Shown here piece after piece: positions 55,530-64,000 of a stretch of DNA of 64,000 bases. How positions within the stretch are numbered: the first letter of the stretch is position 1; each line of letters starts with the position of its first letter. Below the pieces are notes generated by a model. The model worked only from the letters and a program-made list of their open reading frames with translations. It had not been told where the DNA came from and did not search any database. The stretch is from the human T2T-CHM13v2.0 reference genome, Homo sapiens, in NCBI RefSeq assembly GCF_009914755.1, contig NC_060948.1. One strand, written 5' to 3'. Position numbers and translations under genes: made by a program.

Positions 55530-56331
55530 AAAACCATGGAGTCTCACTATGTTGCCTAAACTCATCACAAACTCCTGAGTTCAAGCAATCCTCCCACCTC
55601 AGCCTCTCAAGTAGCTAGGACTATGACACGAGTCACTATGCCCAGCTATCCATCTGCACTTTTAACATATTCATTAAGAATTGGTAAATACAAAACAGAA
55701 TGGATAGGTGCCACTTAGCCAGATATAAAAGAAACAGAGATACACACCTGTTATCACAGGAAATGTCATCTTTTGACATTATCATAAAGTTATATTCTTA
55801 GCCCCTGACTTGTTACCATTTAGCCTCTTTCTTTTATTTACATTTAATCACAAATTATGGCAGAAAACTGTAACAGCACTCCAAAAAAGGGAAAAATTAT
55901 ATTGCTAAAGAGTATCATCATTTTTTAACAGAAAAACTTACATATAAACTAATTCTATGTCTCAGAGAAGCCTGCATTAGTTTTTTTTAACTGAAAAAAG
56001 TTAGATTTGTATTTACAGCTTTACACCACTACCTGCACTGCTACCAACTGAAAAATGCTGATTGTGACCTTAGAAGTAGCCTGCTTTGATAAGGAATTAT
56101 TACAATTCTGTTTAATTCTAGAAGGCATATCCTGCAGCCATGGGAGTGTTTCACAATTGTCATTAATCAAAATGTGGACAGTATGTGCTTTGTACTTTTT
56201 ATAAAAGCCATATTGCACACACTATATAGGAAAACATCCTTATTGGATGGAATATTATTTCAATTCTTGCCAGTGTTTTTTAATCCCTAATGAGATTTAT
56301 TCCTAGCATAATTCTCTTTCTCTTGCTCTAC

Positions 56332-56591
<260 letters not shown>

Positions 56592-56937
56592 TGAATACCA
56601 AAAGTGCCTCTCTTTCTAAGTTGTGTTATGTTGGCCCAATGTGGAGGGAAGAGATGTAGGAATGAATGTGTTACTTTAAAGCCTAACAGCCTTGGAAAGA
56701 TGTCCTTTGATAGCAATGTTATCCCTTTGGAAATGAAGGCAAACATTTAGATACTGCTTGTGTTTTGGGAAAGTTTGATATAATTATTTCATTTTTCCCC
56801 ACCCTTTTGCTGTGTGGGTTATACTCACACACCTTCCATGCCAACCTAGCAAACCTCACATCTGTACCTTCCATCCCCTCTCCTAGCCAAAGTCCCTGTC
56901 TTGCAGTGGGAGAAACTCTTTTAAATGCACTGGATTT

Positions 56938-57097
56938 GGCCAGGCATAGTAGCTCATGCCTGAAATCCCAGTACTTTGAGAGGCTGAGATGGGAGAATCA
57001 CTTGAGCCCTGGAGTTCCAGACCAGCATGGGCAACATAGCAAGATCTCACCTCTAAAAAAAAAACAAAAAACAAAAAACAAAACAAAACAAAAAAAA
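56938..57097 (+). mobile_element. Alu monomer (FLAM-like) with A-rich tail
   Basis: ggccaggcatagtagctcatgcc...gcaacatagcaaga plus poly-A. Confidence 0.85.
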
Positions 57098-57427
57098 CCC
57101 TTGGATTTAATAACTCTTCTAACAGCTTTAATATTTGCCTTCTCACTGCAGTCAACGCTATTCTTTAAGAAATAGTTAAGTCTTGCCAGGGTCTAAACTG
57201 CTCTCCTGCTTCCATCTTCAAAAAAGCATTCTAAAAATGATCCCCAAAAGACTGGAAGGAGCATTTAGTACCAAGTTAAGAGTGAGGAGATTCCTACTCA
57301 ACCTATCCCCATATGTCAAAGGGGGTGATTGTCTGAACCCATGTTTAAAGAACAAGATCACGTTGCTTCTATTAATATCATCCCATAGACTGGCTGCCGA
57401 AAATTCCTACAATGGATCCCATGGTGA

Positions 57428-57754
<327 letters not shown>

Positions 57755-58822
57755 TGACCTTCAGAGGTGGCTACCTCTGTCATTCTGTGTGCTGTACTAT
57801 TGAGTCTTATTTTTGCATTTTCTTCTTCTGAGTGTATCTTTTGCAAGTATTAACACAACACAAATGTGACTGCATAGCTAAGAAGTAGCATAAGCTGCCA
57901 TCTAGATAAAGTTTGATGGCTAGAGCTAACTCATGAAAAGACCTTACCCTATCTTGTATATAAGTGATTAAGCCATTTTCTTATATCTTTGTTAACCTCA
58001 TGTCTCTCTGGTCCCAGTGGACATGGCCTGTTTGAAGTGTTGAGTTGGGGAGGGCGGGAATAGCTAAAAGAAGCTTGTTGTTTGTCTGTCTTCCCCCCAA
58101 CTTCAAATTTGGCTCGAGGCTGTAATGAGTTGGCCTGTCTCTCAGTCCACTTAATTCCCTGGCTTCAGAAAAAAAAAATCATCTGTGGGATTTTACCTTC
58201 TCTGAAAATGCCCTTAGAATAGCCAGCTACCATTACAAAATCCAAAAAGGGGTGGTGGGGAGGGAAAGAAACACAACTTAAATCTCAGAAGGAAAAACTC
58301 CATGGAATTAGAGAGTAGTTATCCTATAAATATACTTGGTATTTTTGCATTTTGAAAAGAATGTGTTGGCATAAAAATAAACATTTTCAGTTATGGGCAT
58401 TGACAGATATTGTGTTTTAAGAAAAACAGTTGGCTCATTCACTGAAATTTGGATTATCAAGAGTTCACATCACAAGATGTGCAGCTGAAGACTTTAAACC
58501 ATGGGAAAGTCTTATGTTAAGGAATTAAAAAAATAAATAAAACACCAGGAGTGAGCCCTAAGAACTGGCACCTCAGCATATTTTAACTCTGCCAAGTGTC
58601 TTAGTCTGCCAAGAATTGAGTGAGGTGCTAAGAAACCATATGGCAGAGAACCCCTACAAATGAGAAATTGTCTATAAATTAAACTATGCCTGTAGAAAGC
58701 AACCAAACTTGCCTCTGTATGATATTCTCCAGTGGAGGAAAAACTGTTCTAAGCTCTCTGTGCATTGTGCATTGTCTCTGAAAGGTTGTCGGTGAGCATC
58801 CTCTTTCATATTGTCCCCTTAG

Positions 58823-58964
58823 GATCACTATGTCCCAACAGTGCCCAATCGGAGACCATCTACTCTTTATTGACTGGAAGTGCAAGTACTGACCCCAGGA
58901 GGGGAGGGGCCTGCCACCCTCAAGATATTCCAGATGTGGAAGCTCCCACCCTCTTCAGCACACA
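58823..58964 (+). pseudogene. ANOS2P: Exon 13 homolog; in-frame TGA
   Basis: ccttag|gatcac; [46 protein letters not shown]|gtgagt; TGA at 58871-58873; 142 bp. Confidence 0.95.
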
Positions 58965-59176
58965 GTGAGTGGGGTGCCAGGGCATTAAGCCATCCTGTCA
59001 GGTCTTGTGGACATAGAGAAAAATCTTGCTGGAAAATGAAAACAAATAAATACACTATTACAGGTTTCTATGAGATAGGGAAATTGTCATCATCTGAAAT
59101 TCTTTCTCCCTGTTTGTACCGACTTACTAGATTCTATTCCAGGCACCTGTAGTATACATTGCATAGTTGATGCTTA

Positions 59177-59325
59177 ATTTTTCTTTTTTCTCCCTCCCTT
59201 CCTCTTTCCCCATTTTCTCCCTTCTTTATTCCTCCCTTGTTTCCTTCTCCACCCTCTCTCCCTCCCTTTTTCCTTCCCTCTCCTTTTCTCCTTTCCTCTA
59301 TCCTTCATTTTTTTTCCTTCCTTGC
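59177..59325. repeat. Polypyrimidine low-complexity tract
   Basis: About 150 bp almost entirely C/T. Confidence 0.85.
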
Positions 59326-59924
59326 ACTTTTCCCTATATAATGCATGCTTTTTTCCTTGTCTTTTAAACCGTAAGCACATATGGGAAAAAAATCTGTAGT
59401 CTCATATCAATCTGAAATATTTTTAAATCAAGATTCTCAAATATCACAATATAGGAAATAATATTTTACTAAGGAACTTATGTTCTTGTTACATAGATAT
59501 TACTGTAATAAATGTCATGAATTTTCTTCATGATGTGACCCAAGTCCACCTTTTTATTGCTAAATCAAGTAAAATTTAAAAAGAAAACTGTCACCTAGAT
59601 TTTCAAAACAGCCTCTTGCTGATTTTTAAATTATGTACTTCTTTTACTTTACTTTCTAGCTTAAATTTTTTAAAAAAGTGTCTGATGATTAGTGTGTGGA
59701 TAAAACATTGAGAATTAGTCACAGTTTTAACTCTGGTTTTTTTAAATGATAGGTTAGTATGCTTATAATTGATAACTTGTTATGCTTATAATTTGAAGAA
59801 AAACAAAAACTATCACAATGGAAGAGCTTGATAGCCTCTAAAATTTTTGTTGGATAAATGCTTTTCTGATATTCCTTCATAGAAATTCCATTTAACAGGG
59901 CTTTAAGATTCTTCTCCGGAAATA

Positions 59925-64000
<4,076 letters not shown>

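Overview
Primate (human-like) genomic DNA, AT-rich and repeat-dense. It holds the central and 3' part of a decayed, unprocessed copy of the anosmin-1 gene (ANOS1/KAL1) on the + strand, almost certainly the Y-linked gametolog pseudogene ANOS2P (KALP). Comparing to the ANOS1 protein and exon sizes as I recall them, I can place exons 4, 5, 6, 7, 10, 11, 12 and 13. Exons 8-9 are absent, and there are dead splice sites, frameshifts and CGA>TGA stops. A near full-length, sense-oriented ERV9/LTR12 provirus sits about 215 bp after exon 7, and its 3' LTR is cut off abruptly, which probably marks the exon 8-9 deletion junction. Two L1PA3/4-type elements with complete 5'UTRs bracket the window head-to-head. 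Also present are a MER11 solo LTR, MLT2A, MER1A, MER58, L2 relics and many Alus. I see no functional protein-coding gene and no evidence of a new multi-gene system. The best leads are the ERV9-linked deletion with retained LTR promoters, a fold-back plus inverted templated insertion inside ERV9 pol, in-phase cryptic splice donors at exons 4 and 5, and stop codons matching Kallmann-syndrome alleles. Repeat family calls and ANOS1 numbering come from memory of consensus sequences and need confirmation by alignment.
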